Shown: one piece after another, positions 39,941 to 50,830 of the stretch | How positions within the stretch are numbered: the stretch's first letter is position 1 | Layout of the letters: each line of letters begins with the position of its first letter | NCBI GenBank assembly: GCA_963718615.1 | Contig: OY970368.1 | Coordinates: forward strand, 3,200,001 to 3,264,000 | Source of the DNA: an uncultured cyanobacterium | Lineage (GTDB): Bacteria; Cyanobacteriota; Cyanobacteriia; PCC-9006; JAAUQQ01 | Length of the DNA stretch: 64,000 nt | Reading direction: 5' to 3' | Notes under the pieces: model-generated | The model's input: the letters and a program-made list of their open reading frames with translations, nothing else | Told to the model about the DNA's origin: nothing | The model's database searches: none | Program-made: the position numbers and the translations under genes

Positions 39941-40660
39941 ATGGCATCTTCCTACAAATGGCCTTTGATGGTCGCCTTCCTAGTCGCCACTGGCTTTTCG
40001 ATTTGGACAGGGGCAGAGCTCGCCCGCAAGCAGCGCCAGCCGTTTCAGCCCCGCCCAGCGGCAACCGCTCGGGCCAGCGAAGACATCAACAATTCCCGTT
40101 CAGCCCTCACGCCCTCTCAGCCGACCGAGTCAGGGAATATCACCGTTGAAAGCTGCAAAATCACCATGGCTCAGGTGCAGGATCCTCAGCCGCCCTTGAG
40201 TATTCGCGATCGCCCCACCCCCCAAGGCAACGTGATTGGGGAAATCGCCAATGACGAAATTATTGATGTGAACGGTTCTCAAGGGGACTGGTTTTCCATC
40301 AGCAACCCCGTGCAGGGATGGATTCCCCGTGGATACACCGCCTATGGTTGCAATACGAAAATCGCCCGCGTAGAATTTCCTCGGGGGAAAAAAGGGGTCG
40401 AGTTAACGGGCACCTTTGTGGGCACGGGCATCCATCAATACAAGCTACGGGCCAACCGCAACCAAACGATCACCCTAACCAGCAACGAAGGCCCCATGCC
40501 CATCCTCACAAGCCCCCAAGAGACCGTTCTGTTTTCAGGCCCGCAGGCCGGGGATCCGGAGTCTTGGTCTGGCAAGTTACCCGAGGATGGGGATTATATT
40601 TTGGAGTTGGACTCCGATTTTCGCGGCTATACCTATCGGTTTAATGTTCAAATTGATTAA
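39941..40660 (+). CDS. membrane-anchored SH3b-domain protein with C-terminal beta-sandwich (PPC-like)
   Basis: 'VQDPQPPLSIRDRP...GDWFSI..PVQGWI' SH3b; 'YKLRANRNQTI...WSGKLPEDGDYIL'. Confidence 0.7.
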   Translation: MASSYKWPLMVAFLVATGFSIWTGAELARKQRQPFQPRPAATARASEDINNSRSALTPSQPTESGNITVESCKITMAQVQDPQPPLSIRDRPTPQGNVIGEIANDEIIDVNGSQGDWFSISNPVQGWIPRGYTAYGCNTKIARVEFPRGKKGVELTGTFVGTGIHQYKLRANRNQTITLTSNEGPMPILTSPQETVLFSGPQAGDPESWSGKLPEDGDYILELDSDFRGYTYRFNVQID

Positions 40661-40668
40661 TGTTCAAA

Positions 40669-41109
40669 TTAAATAACCGCAACAAAGCGAATCGGTAAAT
40701 CCAGTCGAGGAACCTGAATCACGGCCATCGGATTCAGCGTGCTCCAAGGGCGAATAAAATGGCTGACATAAACCAATACTTCATCAGTCGTAAATTTGAC
40801 CCGATCGATACTGGGAATCTCGCGGAAACAACCTTCTCCCGCGAAGATGGCGATCGCCATCGACTGATCAAAATTGACCTTCGGCAGTTGGGTGGGATCT
40901 CCCCCATGGAGGAGCCAAACCTGAGCCATGGCTTCGAGACTCTGAAAGCCATGCTGTCCTGCTTGGGGATGGGGAGCAGTCCAAGGAAGATGGACCTCAA
41001 TAGGCAGAGGAGACTGGCGACGACTCACCTCGTGCAAGGCAACGGTAGAACTCCTCTCCACAGCACGGGAGATTTGCCGTTGCTGAGTCCGCTCTACGAT
41101 CATCACCAT
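40669..41109 (-). CDS. PrcB C-terminal domain protein
   Basis: 'W...PKVNFDQSMAIAIFAG...I.RV...P..VIQVPR' pattern. Confidence 0.6.
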   Translation of the reverse strand: MVMIVERTQQRQISRAVERSSTVALHEVSRRQSPLPIEVHLPWTAPHPQAGQHGFQSLEAMAQVWLLHGGDPTQLPKVNFDQSMAIAIFAGEGCFREIPSIDRVKFTTDEVLVYVSHFIRPWSTLNPMAVIQVPRLDLPIRFVAVI

Positions 41110-41226
41110 GGCCCTATCTCCAAAAGGATTGAAACAACTACCTGATATTCAAAGATGCCCAAAAAAAAAGACGATGGACAGGGGATTTCGGAGAGTCTTA
41201 CAAAGCTTAACAAAATGGGTTAAACG

Positions 41227-42006
41227 TTATACAAAACGCTTGAGTTGAACCCGATATCGTTCCTTTTTGGTCACAGAAACCTCACCAATACTGAGGCGTC
41301 CCTTGCCGCGAATGGCAACCAGATCTTCCGCTTGTAGGAGATGACTGGGCTGACTGACGGTCTTCCAGTTGACCCGCACATCGCCGCTGTTAATTAAATC
41401 CACCATTTTGCTGCGGGACATCCCAAATCCGGCGGAAGCAATTGCATCTAAGCGCATGGATGCTTCTACGGTGGTCAGTTCCTTCATTTTGGGCTCTCGC
41501 ACCCGCAGCAGGTCCAATTCCAGCGCCCGAGTTTTGACCTTGACCGATCGCACCTGGGTTAAATTCATCTCCAAAAATTCCGCCAGCTCGGGCACCACGA
41601 TCGCCTGCGCCCCCCGCTCTCCCAAGACAAGAATGTCTCCGACTTTTTCTCGAACCAAGCCCGTGCCCAGGAGCGAGCCAAGAAAATCCCGATGAGTGGC
41701 CGAATCAAACAGAAAGTTACCGGCAATTTCTAGGGCGGCAACAGTGACTTGGGATGGATCCAGGGGCAGATCGACACGGGCGATCGCCACCCGCTGCCGT
41801 TCCGCCTGGGGATAGCCACCCCAGGCCAGACAATGAACCTCGGTTAACCGCTGAAACAAATTCAGAGCCTCCGCCAACTCCGGCGGCGACAGAAAATCCG
41901 TCACCACAATGTCCCAGGTTTTAATCGCCTGTTCCGCTTGGTCGAGAACACGGGCGATCGCCTCCCGATTCTCGACCCCTTTGAGTAAATCGTCTTTAGG
42001 CAACAT
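41227..42006 (-). CDS. photosystem II S4 domain protein (Sll1252/YlmH-like)
   Basis: 'TDFLSPPE', 'GGYPQAER', 'HRDFLG', 'EASMRLDAIASAGFGMSRSK', 'IRGKGRL'. Confidence 0.92.
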   Translation of the reverse strand: MLPKDDLLKGVENREAIARVLDQAEQAIKTWDIVVTDFLSPPELAEALNLFQRLTEVHCLAWGGYPQAERQRVAIARVDLPLDPSQVTVAALEIAGNFLFDSATHRDFLGSLLGTGLVREKVGDILVLGERGAQAIVVPELAEFLEMNLTQVRSVKVKTRALELDLLRVREPKMKELTTVEASMRLDAIASAGFGMSRSKMVDLINSGDVRVNWKTVSQPSHLLQAEDLVAIRGKGRLSIGEVSVTKKERYRVQLKRFV

Positions 42007-42038
42007 AGCGTTTCCTCATCCAAAGTTTCCTCAGCGTC

Positions 42039-42539
42039 CTAATCAAATACCTCCAACGTTTCCGGCTGAAACCGCCGCATAATCAGCCCCACTTGGCCAA
42101 TGAGCATTTCTGTGCCCCGGACCGCAAGCAGGTATTGACCGGCGGCGATGCGATCGCCATAGGAACTCTCATCCTTTTGTGGCAGGACCAGCGCTGGACC
42201 GCCGCCAATGAAAAAGCCCCCCATGGCCCCACCGATCGCGCCCAGCAGTCCGCCGACAATGTGATTGCCAATTTCCCCTGCCCAGGCGAAGGTATCGAGC
42301 TGGGTTGTCAGGCTAAACCCCACGCCGCCGATAAATCCAAAGGGAATCAGCCAAATGGCCATGCGCTTGGCCTGTTTCGCGGCTTTTTGCGTCGGCTCCT
42401 CCAGGCCAAATTCTTCAACCGATTGATAGCCTCGGCCCAAAATAGCAATGTTGGCCATGGGGAACGATTCCCGCTCTAGGGCGGAGTAGGCTTCTTCGGC
42501 TTTGATGCGATCGCTCAGTACCGCTACCAGGTAAGTCAT
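42039..42539 (-). CDS. conserved cyanobacterial membrane protein (glycine-zipper, general-stress-like)
   Basis: 'YLVAVLSDRIKAEEAYSAL', 'WLIPFGF', Gly-rich TMs. Confidence 0.65.
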   Translation of the reverse strand: MTYLVAVLSDRIKAEEAYSALERESFPMANIAILGRGYQSVEEFGLEEPTQKAAKQAKRMAIWLIPFGFIGGVGFSLTTQLDTFAWAGEIGNHIVGGLLGAIGGAMGGFFIGGGPALVLPQKDESSYGDRIAAGQYLLAVRGTEMLIGQVGLIMRRFQPETLEVFD

Positions 42540-42741
42540 GCAAGGCCCCTAATGGAAAAATTGTGGCAGTTCTAATAAGGATAAGGATATAAGAGGGTGA
42601 GTGGGTAATCGATGCCCTGCACTGGGTGATTTGGACGGTGTTACGCCCAGAGGCATCGAAGGGATTGGCGCTGCTCAAAAAGCGGTGGGTTGTAGAGCGA
42701 ACCTTGGGCTGGTGTAACCGCTATCGTTGGCTGAGCAAAGA

Positions 42742-45342
42742 CTATTTCGTCGCCCCGTCCCCATGCTCACCCCCCCCCTGAGCGTCTTTCGGCAGGGGTA
42801 CAAAGCGAAGTTCGTCAGTGGCACTATCCCGGACAACTTGAACCAGCTGCCGGATGGGTTCTTGGCGATCGCCCTCCGCCGAAAATGTAATCATCCCCGA
42901 TGCGCCCTCCGCCTTAAAATCACGATCCGAGAGCGCTTTCTCCAAGTCGCTGCGGCTAAAGCTGCCTTTGCCGTCTGGATTGCGATTGCGCACCGCTTTG
43001 GCGATCACCTGCACCGCGTCGTAGCTTAGAGCCGTGCGCCAACTCACCGGCCCGTGCCACAGCTGCTTCGCCTGCTCGGGGAAATTTGAATCTTGCGAAC
43101 TTTCCCTGTGCCAAGGCACACTCACCACCATCTCAAGGGCGCTGTTTCCATCGGTCGTGCGCTTAGCGGTCGTGAACGAGCTGTACAAGTCGTCCCCTCC
43201 CAAGACAGGCAACTGCGTTTGATTCTCCAGCACCACATTGAGCGCTTGAGGAAAGGTGTCACTGTTCGGGAACAGAACTAGCACATTGGCTTGCTTGTCT
43301 TTGGCGCTATCCACACTGTTCCGCGCATTAAAAGTCACACCGCTCCGCACCTCAGAAGGGCTGACGCTGTCAGCCAAATCGACGCGGTAGACAATCTCAC
43401 CACCGTACTCTTTTTCAAAGGATTTAAGCAGCGAGTTGCTGTAGTTGCTTGTAGAGTCGTAATAAACTGCTGCGCGCGGCCATTTGGAGGCATACTGAGC
43501 CAGTCCCTGGGCGGTGACGCTGTCATGGGGCACAGTGCGGAAGAAATATTCACTTTTGCCGCTCAAGTCCACGGACGTGCTCACCGAGGAGATCATGGGC
43601 AGCTTGCCCGCAGTATATTCATTCACCGTGGCCAACGATAGATCACTCGTATTGCAACAGATCACACCCACCACCTCGGGTCTGGCGCTCAAGGTTTTGG
43701 CAATATTCACGGCTGTGGCTTCGTCATTGCTGTCTTCCGCCAAGAGGATCTGGATTTTTAGACCTTGTATTCCCCCAGCCTGATTGATTTCTTCCTGGGC
43801 CTGGGCGACGCCGCGCAGAATTTCGAGGGATGCAGACAAATCCTTACCCATACCCATGGGCAAGGGCACGGCGATGGTGATGGTGTCAGCTTTTTCCAGC
43901 AGGTTCTGGGCGTTGTTTTTGTAGATGCGGGTTTCTGGATCGTTGGGTTTTTCGTCTAGGACTTCGTCAAATAGGTCGATCGCCTCCTTAAATTCTTTGT
44001 TTTCAAAGGCTTTCACCCCCGCTTCCTTTTTCTTTTGTGCTGGACTTTTCTCTTGTGCTGGACTTTTCTCCTGCGAGGGGGGGGTGGCCTCCGGCAGAAT
44101 TTTCTCGCCTTCGCTGAGGGCGGGTGGGGGAAAGGGTTCAGTGGCTGACGGTTTCGGTGCCTTGGGCCACAGCGCCCATCCCGTCAAACTCACAAGACCT
44201 ACAAGACCTACAAGGCCCAGGGCGATCGCCCCCTTCCGCGCTCGGCTCAGGCCACGGGGCCAGCACAGCACCGGAGCCGAGGGATGCTGACACACCACTG
44301 GCAACCAGGAGGCGGTGGGGAATCTATCGCGCAGGCCCTCGTCGAGGCGATCGCGGGCAATCCGCAGCGATCGGTGCAGCGCCTCCCCCCGGACAAAGCT
44401 CTCCAAAAAATAGCGCAAAAAGGCATGGGCCACCGGGTCGGGCACAAGTTCGCGCATCACCACCGTGTAGGGAATCCGCACCTCCGCGATGCTGCGGGCA
44501 ATGCCTAGGCCATCGCAGGAATTCAAAATCACTAGCTGTAGCCCTCGTTGGGCCGCCGCCTTCAGACCCAGGCTGAGTTCCCTGAGCGAGAGGGAATCTT
44601 GGTCGTTGATCTCAATCACGCCATCGGGTTGGCTAGGGCATCCGTCGAGGCTGTGGCTATGGCCCGCAAAAAACAAAATATCCCAGCCTTTGGGGTCATG
44701 GAGGCGATCGCTCAGCGCTTGCCGGGACGGCTTGGACAAAAACTCAACGTTCTCTATGGGCCTAGGCACCAACTGCCGAATCAGCGCTTGATCTGTCTCC
44801 AGACTAATTTGATCATCGTTACCCAAAACCGCCAAAATTCGCACCGGCCAGACCATTGCCTTGCCCTGAGCCGAATAGGGCGGATAGGGCATATGCAACG
44901 CCATCGTCAGATTCCTGTAGCGGCTAAACAGCGACCAGCGATGCCAGGGCAAGCGCTGCAACAACTCATCCGATGTTTTGAGGATCACCTGAGCCGATTC
45001 CTCGGGGCGTAACTCTTCCCGCAGCGCAAATTCTAGCTCCCGCGCACTACTCTGATTCAGCCAGGTTTGCATCGCATCCGTCAGGGCATCGCCAGCGGTG
45101 CGCTGCTCTTCTAAACTGGCGACATTGTGAACCTGCCCAGGCGGAAGAATAATGCGGGTTCCTTCGCGATAAATCGATTGCCACTGCCGATAAATCTCGG
45201 GAATCTGGGGCGCAGGCGGCAGTCTGCCGTCAACCGTTTGATGGGCGGCTTGGCCTGCAATACTCAAATGCATAGAGACCGCAAAGCCTTGCTCGAAGCT
45301 ACCTTCAGTTGTCTCAAACAAAATAACTTTGACAGGTGCCAC
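42742..45342 (-). CDS. CHAT protease-domain / TM / TPR / periplasmic amino-acid-binding domain protein
   Basis: 'LPWHRW', 'FFAGHS', 'LNSCDG' CHAT motifs; TM; 'PNDPETRIYKNNA'; 'YFFRTVP', 'SWRTALSYDA'. Confidence 0.88.
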   Translation of the reverse strand: MAPVKVILFETTEGSFEQGFAVSMHLSIAGQAAHQTVDGRLPPAPQIPEIYRQWQSIYREGTRIILPPGQVHNVASLEEQRTAGDALTDAMQTWLNQSSARELEFALREELRPEESAQVILKTSDELLQRLPWHRWSLFSRYRNLTMALHMPYPPYSAQGKAMVWPVRILAVLGNDDQISLETDQALIRQLVPRPIENVEFLSKPSRQALSDRLHDPKGWDILFFAGHSHSLDGCPSQPDGVIEINDQDSLSLRELSLGLKAAAQRGLQLVILNSCDGLGIARSIAEVRIPYTVVMRELVPDPVAHAFLRYFLESFVRGEALHRSLRIARDRLDEGLRDRFPTASWLPVVCQHPSAPVLCWPRGLSRARKGAIALGLVGLVGLVSLTGWALWPKAPKPSATEPFPPPALSEGEKILPEATPPSQEKSPAQEKSPAQKKKEAGVKAFENKEFKEAIDLFDEVLDEKPNDPETRIYKNNAQNLLEKADTITIAVPLPMGMGKDLSASLEILRGVAQAQEEINQAGGIQGLKIQILLAEDSNDEATAVNIAKTLSARPEVVGVICCNTSDLSLATVNEYTAGKLPMISSVSTSVDLSGKSEYFFRTVPHDSVTAQGLAQYASKWPRAAVYYDSTSNYSNSLLKSFEKEYGGEIVYRVDLADSVSPSEVRSGVTFNARNSVDSAKDKQANVLVLFPNSDTFPQALNVVLENQTQLPVLGGDDLYSSFTTAKRTTDGNSALEMVVSVPWHRESSQDSNFPEQAKQLWHGPVSWRTALSYDAVQVIAKAVRNRNPDGKGSFSRSDLEKALSDRDFKAEGASGMITFSAEGDRQEPIRQLVQVVRDSATDELRFVPLPKDAQGGGEHGDGATK

Positions 45343-45711
45343 AACCCCTAACCTCTCCTACCGAACGTCCGAGTGCCTAGACACAGATCTAGGTACGGCT
45401 CAGGTTATCTAAGATTATCGGTTGCGAAAAGAATTTTTATTCAGATCAGGAAAAGGTAATTTTTCGGTAATCCTTAATCTCCCATCCGATCGAACCCATG
45501 TTTGATCAAGTACCTTAGGGCATACGGGAACTTGGCTTTTGGAGTCGAACGCTTCTGGAGATGAGACTGCTTTGTCAGTTGCTTTTGGACAATTGGAGGA
45601 AAGTAATGTCAATGAAAGAAGAATCCCCATCTTTGTCCTAGAATGGCCTACTGGGGCAATCTCTGCCCACCGGTTCATGTTGCTCAACGTTCTTCGATCA
45701 GCTGCGTTACC

Positions 45712-47298
45712 ATGCCCAAGGTTCTTGTCTCCGATCCCATCGATCCCATCGGGATTGAAATTCTGTCCCAGGTTGCTCAGGTTGATCTTAGACCCGGTCT
45801 CTCTGAAGCAGAACTGGTGGAAATTATCCCTGAATACGATGCCCTGATGATTCGCTCCGGCACCCAGGTGACCGAGGCGGTAATTGAGGCCAGCAAACCC
45901 CTCAAGATTATTGGCCGTGCCGGGGTGGGGGTAGACAACGTTAATGTGCCTGCCGCTACCCGCAAAGGGATTGTGGTGGTGAATTCCCCGGAAGGGAACA
46001 CGATCGCGGCGGCGGAACATGCGATCACCATGATGATGTCGTTGTCACGCTACGTCCCCGATGCCAACCAGTCCACCAAAAGCGGCGGCTGGGATCGCAA
46101 AACCTTCATTGGTGCAGAGGTCTACAAGAAAACCCTAGGGGTAGTCGGCCTCGGCAAAATTGGAGCCCATGTGGCCACGGTGGCCAAGGCCATGGGCATG
46201 AAACTTCTGGCCTATGACCCGTTTATTTCCGTTGAGCGGGCGGAGCAAATCGGCTGTCGTTTGGTCGAACTGGATATGCTCTTCCGGGAGTCGGACTACA
46301 TTACGCTCCATGTGCCTAAGACCCCAGAGACAACGAATCTGATCGGTCCCCGGACGATCGCCCTGATGAAACCCACGGTGCGGATTATCAACTGCTCACG
46401 GGGGGGGGTCATTGATGAAGCGGCCCTGGCGGAGGCGATCGAGTCGGGACAGATTGCAGGAGCCGCCCTGGATGTCTTTGACAACGAGCCCCTAGAGGCC
46501 GATTCGCCCCTACGAAAACTGGGCAAGAACGTCATTTTAACGCCCCACCTGGGGGCCTCCACCGCTGAGGCTCAGGTGAACGTGGCCATGGATGTGGCCG
46601 AGCAAATTCGGGATGTGTTGCTGGGTTTACCGGCGCGATCGGCGGTGAATATTCCGGGGCTCCATCCCAGCGTCATGGAAAAAATGCGGCCCTATCTGGA
46701 GCTGGCCGAAACCCTGGGCAATTTGCTCAGTCAACTGGCCGGGGGCCGGATTCATCAGCTCGATGTGCGGCTTCAAGGCGAACTGGCCCAGCGGGATAGC
46801 AAGCCGGTGGTGATTGCTTCGCTCAAGGGTTTACTTTCCCAGGCCCTGCGGGAGCGGGTCAACTATGTCAATGCGTCCATCGAAGCCAAGGAACGGGGCA
46901 TTCGGGTAATCGAAACCCGCGACGAAGCCACCAGCGACTATTCCGGCGGTTCGCTCTATCTCTCGGCCATCGGAGCCCAGGGTGAACATGCGGTGACCGG
47001 GGCATTGTTGGGGGATAGCGAGGTGTTTATTACCAGCGTTGATGAGTTTCCGATCAATGTGTCGCCCAGCAAATATATGCTGTTTACCCGCCACCGGGAC
47101 ATGCCGGGGATCATTGGCAAAATCGGGTCGCTCTTGGGCAGCTTTAATGTCAACATTGCCAGTATGCAAGTGGGACGCAAAATTGTCCGAGGCGATGCGG
47201 TGATGGTCTTGAGCTTGGATGATCCGTTGCCCGATGGGGTCTTGACGGAAATCGTCAAAATCGACGGTATCCGCGACGCCTATACGGTCAAACTCTAG
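45712..47298 (+). CDS. serA: D-3-phosphoglycerate dehydrogenase
   Basis: 'IGRAGVGVDN', 'GLGKIG', 'TPHLGAST', C-terminal ACT domain. Confidence 0.97.
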   Translation: MPKVLVSDPIDPIGIEILSQVAQVDLRPGLSEAELVEIIPEYDALMIRSGTQVTEAVIEASKPLKIIGRAGVGVDNVNVPAATRKGIVVVNSPEGNTIAAAEHAITMMMSLSRYVPDANQSTKSGGWDRKTFIGAEVYKKTLGVVGLGKIGAHVATVAKAMGMKLLAYDPFISVERAEQIGCRLVELDMLFRESDYITLHVPKTPETTNLIGPRTIALMKPTVRIINCSRGGVIDEAALAEAIESGQIAGAALDVFDNEPLEADSPLRKLGKNVILTPHLGASTAEAQVNVAMDVAEQIRDVLLGLPARSAVNIPGLHPSVMEKMRPYLELAETLGNLLSQLAGGRIHQLDVRLQGELAQRDSKPVVIASLKGLLSQALRERVNYVNASIEAKERGIRVIETRDEATSDYSGGSLYLSAIGAQGEHAVTGALLGDSEVFITSVDEFPINVSPSKYMLFTRHRDMPGIIGKIGSLLGSFNVNIASMQVGRKIVRGDAVMVLSLDDPLPDGVLTEIVKIDGIRDAYTVKL

Positions 47299-47366
47299 CC
47301 CTCTTGCGAACTGCTGCATCGAACTGCTGCATTAAACTGCCGAATCGAACTTAGGGGGAATGGGTC

Positions 47367-48263
47367 TTGGCACAAGGGTGGTGGGAAATTCAGATTCTGT
47401 GCGAGCCTCTCCTGGAGGAAATCGTCACCTGGCGGCTCGATAAATTTGGTTGCCGGGGGTCTGCCCGCGAAGTTCAGGGCATTTCCTATCTGATCAAGAG
47501 TTACATTCCCCAAAGTCAAGTTCAGATTTTGGATCTGGGGGCACTGGCGCTGTGGCTGAAACAGGATGCGATCGCCGTTGAACAAATGCCCCCTCGGGTC
47601 ACCTGGCAGCGCATCGACGAAGAGGACTGGTCCAGCAGTTGGAAACAGCACTGGAAACCTGAGGAACTGGGCGATCGCTTCCTCATCTGTCCGGCCTGGA
47701 TTGAGCCACCGGCAACGGATCGGCTCGTGCTCACACTCGATCCCGGTGTCGCCTTTGGCACCGGAGCCCACCCCACCACTCAGCTCTGTCTAGAATCCCT
47801 AGAGATGCGGCTGACGGAGCTGGGGGATACACCGATTACCCTGGCTGATGTGGGCTGTGGGTCGGGGATTTTATCCATTGGGGCTGTTCTGCTGGGGGCG
47901 CAGCGGGTCTATGCAGTGGATACGGATCCCCTGGCGGTCAAAGCCACGGAGGAAAATCGGGATCTCAACCAGATTTCCGATCAGAGGATTACCTCTGAAT
48001 TGGGCAGCGCCGATCGGATTAAAGCCTTGGCCGACTCCGGGATTCAGTTTGATGGCATTGTCTGCAATATTTTGGCTGAAGTGATTGTGGATTTGGTGCC
48101 GACCTTTTCGGCCATCGCCCACAACAAAACCTGGGCCATCCTCAGCGGTATCCTCACCAGCCAAGCCAAAACCGTCGCCGACATCCTGGAGCAGGAAGGC
48201 TGGATTGTCGCCACCCTCTGGAAACGCAAGGAATGGTGCTGCTTTAATATCCGCCGTAGCTAA
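47367..48263 (+). CDS. prmA: 50S ribosomal protein L11 methyltransferase
   Basis: 'EEDWSSSWK', '[14 protein letters not shown]', '[10 protein letters not shown]', 'NILA'. Confidence 0.96.
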   Translation: MAQGWWEIQILCEPLLEEIVTWRLDKFGCRGSAREVQGISYLIKSYIPQSQVQILDLGALALWLKQDAIAVEQMPPRVTWQRIDEEDWSSSWKQHWKPEELGDRFLICPAWIEPPATDRLVLTLDPGVAFGTGAHPTTQLCLESLEMRLTELGDTPITLADVGCGSGILSIGAVLLGAQRVYAVDTDPLAVKATEENRDLNQISDQRITSELGSADRIKALADSGIQFDGIVCNILAEVIVDLVPTFSAIAHNKTWAILSGILTSQAKTVADILEQEGWIVATLWKRKEWCCFNIRRS

Positions 48264-48276
48264 AACATATTTCACG

Positions 48277-49362
48277 ATGATTCAAGCCCCTCCTCTCTCA
48301 CACCGTCTTCTGATTACCGGCGGTGCTGGCTTTATTGGTTCTAATTTTGTGCATCACTGGGCGGAAACGCATCCGGGCGATCGCCTCGTTGTCCTCGACG
48401 CCCTCACCTACGCCGGAAACCGCGCCAATCTAGCGGATCTCCAAGACTCAGCCAACCTCCGCTTTGTCCAAGGAGACATTTGCGATGGATCCCTGGTGGC
48501 TCAACTGCTGCAAGAAGAAAAGGTCGATCGCGTCGTCCACTTTGCCGCTGAGTCCCATGTCGATCGCTCCATTCTCGGTCCTGCTGCCTTTATTCAAACC
48601 AATGTCGTCGGTACATTCACGCTGTTAGAACAGTTCCGACAGTACTGGCTCGCCCAATCCCAGCCGGACGCCTATCGGTTTTTGCATGTCTCGACCGACG
48701 AAGTCTACGGCAGCCTCGGCCCCCACGACCCCGGCTTTCGCGAAACTACCCCCTTCGCCCCCAACAGCCCCTACTCCGCCTCCAAGGCCGGGAGCGATCA
48801 CCTTGTCCGGGCCTACTTCCACACCTATGGTCTGCCCACGCTGATCACCAATTGCTCCAACAACTACGGCCCCTACCATTTCCCCGAAAAGCTGATTCCC
48901 TTGATGATCATCAACATCCTCCAGGGCAAAGCCCTGCCCGTTTATGGGGATGGTCAAAATATTCGCGACTGGCTCTATGTCAGGGATCATTGTCGGGCGA
49001 TCGATCGCGTCCTCGCAGCCGGGACACCGGGCGAAACCTACAACGTTGGCGGCAACAACGAAGTCAAAAACTTGGATCTAGTCCAAACGCTTTGTGGTCT
49101 AGTCCAGGAACTGGATCCAGATCTGCCCGTCCGTCCTCCCCAAAACTTAATTACTTTCGTCAGAGACCGCCCCGGCCACGATCGCCGTTATGCCATCGAC
49201 GCGACTAAGATCCAGCGAGACCTCGGCTGGTTCCCCGAAGAAACCCTGGAAACAGGCTTACGCAAAACTGTCACTTGGTATCTCACCCATCAAGATTGGT
49301 GGCAGCCACTGCTTTCCGCCGAGTATCAAGCCTATTACAACCAGGTTTATACGGCTTCCTAG
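48277..49362 (+). CDS. rfbB: dTDP-glucose 4,6-dehydratase
   Basis: '[11 protein letters not shown]', '[12 protein letters not shown]', 'STDEVYG', 'YSASK', '[12 protein letters not shown]'. Confidence 0.97.
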   Translation: MIQAPPLSHRLLITGGAGFIGSNFVHHWAETHPGDRLVVLDALTYAGNRANLADLQDSANLRFVQGDICDGSLVAQLLQEEKVDRVVHFAAESHVDRSILGPAAFIQTNVVGTFTLLEQFRQYWLAQSQPDAYRFLHVSTDEVYGSLGPHDPGFRETTPFAPNSPYSASKAGSDHLVRAYFHTYGLPTLITNCSNNYGPYHFPEKLIPLMIINILQGKALPVYGDGQNIRDWLYVRDHCRAIDRVLAAGTPGETYNVGGNNEVKNLDLVQTLCGLVQELDPDLPVRPPQNLITFVRDRPGHDRRYAIDATKIQRDLGWFPEETLETGLRKTVTWYLTHQDWWQPLLSAEYQAYYNQVYTAS

Positions 49363-49492
49363 GCAATCCGTCTCGTCCAGCCAGCGATCTCTATCGATGG
49401 AGGGGGGCAGACCCCCTTCACCCTATCGCTTTGGGAACTGGCACATTCCTCTCCCTAGAGGCAAAATAATTTTGTCATTCTAAATTATGGTG

Positions 49493-49510
49493 AATCTCAA
49501 TGTTGAGATT
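49493..49510. promoter_or_regulatory. perfect palindrome AATCTCAA-TG-TTGAGATT upstream of the OMP gene
   Basis: 8-2-8 inverted repeat followed by two GGTTAAC copies. Confidence 0.45.
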
Positions 49511-49560
49511 GGTTAACGCCATGGTTAACTGTGGCAATGTTGCTTGAGGAGAGATGAACG

Positions 49561-50019
49561 GTGTTTAATCTGCGTAATGGATTCATTTTGGGCTTGGCAA
49601 GTGTAGCGATCGCGACCACCGCGACTACCGCTCAAGCCCAATCCGCGACCAGTAGCTACAACTATATCGGCGGTGGTGTGAGCGACGAGGGTCTCGTGAT
49701 CAATGGCAAGGCTCAAATCACGCCCCAGTTTTCGATTCGGCCTGCGGCGATTTTGAACTACGACTTTGACGACGCAACGTTCCTCGTTCCGGTTACCTAC
49801 GACTTCGCTCAGGTTGAAGCCGGTGAAGCCAATCTTCTGCCCTTCGCAGGTGCAGGGGTTCGGATTGAAACGGACGGTGATGATAACTTTGGTGCCTTGG
49901 TAACCGGTGGTGTGGACTATCGGATTACGGAGCGTTGGACCGCCAATGGGTCGTTGAATGTCTCCTTTATCAATGATACGAACTTCGACTTTATCGTGGG
50001 TGTGGGCTACAACTTCTAG
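49561..50019 (+). CDS. small outer-membrane beta-barrel protein
   Basis: Signal peptide (AQA), alternating beta strands, C-terminal BAM signal 'GVGYNF'; GAGGAG RBS. Confidence 0.88.
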   Translation: MFNLRNGFILGLASVAIATTATTAQAQSATSSYNYIGGGVSDEGLVINGKAQITPQFSIRPAAILNYDFDDATFLVPVTYDFAQVEAGEANLLPFAGAGVRIETDGDDNFGALVTGGVDYRITERWTANGSLNVSFINDTNFDFIVGVGYNF

Positions 50020-50050
50020 CCCTAGAGCTTCTAGCCCTAGGCCTAAGTAC

Positions 50051-50090
50051 AAAAAAAGCGGGTCTGTGCTTTGCCTAGACCCGCTTTTGC
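50051..50090. terminator. bidirectional rho-independent terminator
   Basis: AAAAAAAGCGGGTCT-loop-AGACCCGCTTTT between convergent genes. Confidence 0.85.
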
Positions 50091-50124
50091 TATGAATTAC
50101 AGCCCCTAGCCCTGCCAGCCTGAT

Positions 50125-50830
50125 TTACCACATGCCCTGAATCGGCTCAACGTTAACCGATTGAACATTTTGCTTCACCGCCACCTGACGGCTAGCCGAG
50201 GCATTGCCAGCCCACATGGCTTGCATCCGATCCTGACGACGGGCCTCAACCGCAGCGAAGCGGGAGCTCAGCATTTCATGTGCCATTTGAGCTTTGGACT
50301 TTGCTTGGGTGGATTTGAGCATGCTCACCACTTCATCAATCCCAGCATAGGTCGACCCACGGCGGCGCAGTTCAATGACATCCACCTGGGCATCCACCGG
50401 ATAGTTCGCAACAATTTCTAGCGGAGTCAGAGCGTTGTCATCTTTCAGGGAGTTGATGATCGCAGCCCGCAGCGCTTGCTTAGCATCTTTGCTGGTGCTG
50501 CGCGGCATGATCACTTGAGCCAGATCATCCAGCAGAGCTTCGCCTTCACCGGAGTTGAACAGGGCATCTGGCAGCCGCTAGGTCGTAGTTCACCGTTTGC
50601 GACAAAAAGCCACGGGCCTCTTCCGGTTCCACATTGGTTTCGGAGAGTACGAGATGGAGAACCCCATCGGAGATGCCTTCATCCACTAGCAGATTCAATT
50701 CATCCAGGGTCACGGACTGATGCAGTGCACCATTGATCAGCGTCAGATTATCAGCCGCTTTCGCCGCAGTGGGCAGCAGCATCGCTAAACCAAGACCGAG
50801 CAAAGCAGACAGTTTTACCGAGAATTTCAT
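50125..50830 (-). pseudogene. secreted DUF1400-domain protein split by one frameshift near 50569; ends in QGMW
   Basis: ORFs 50546..50905 and 50125..50514 join (YDLAAA/DALFNSGEGEALLDDLAQVI) into signal peptide plus DUF1400 ('ALRAAII..L.DD..LT.LE...NYP'). Confidence 0.75.
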
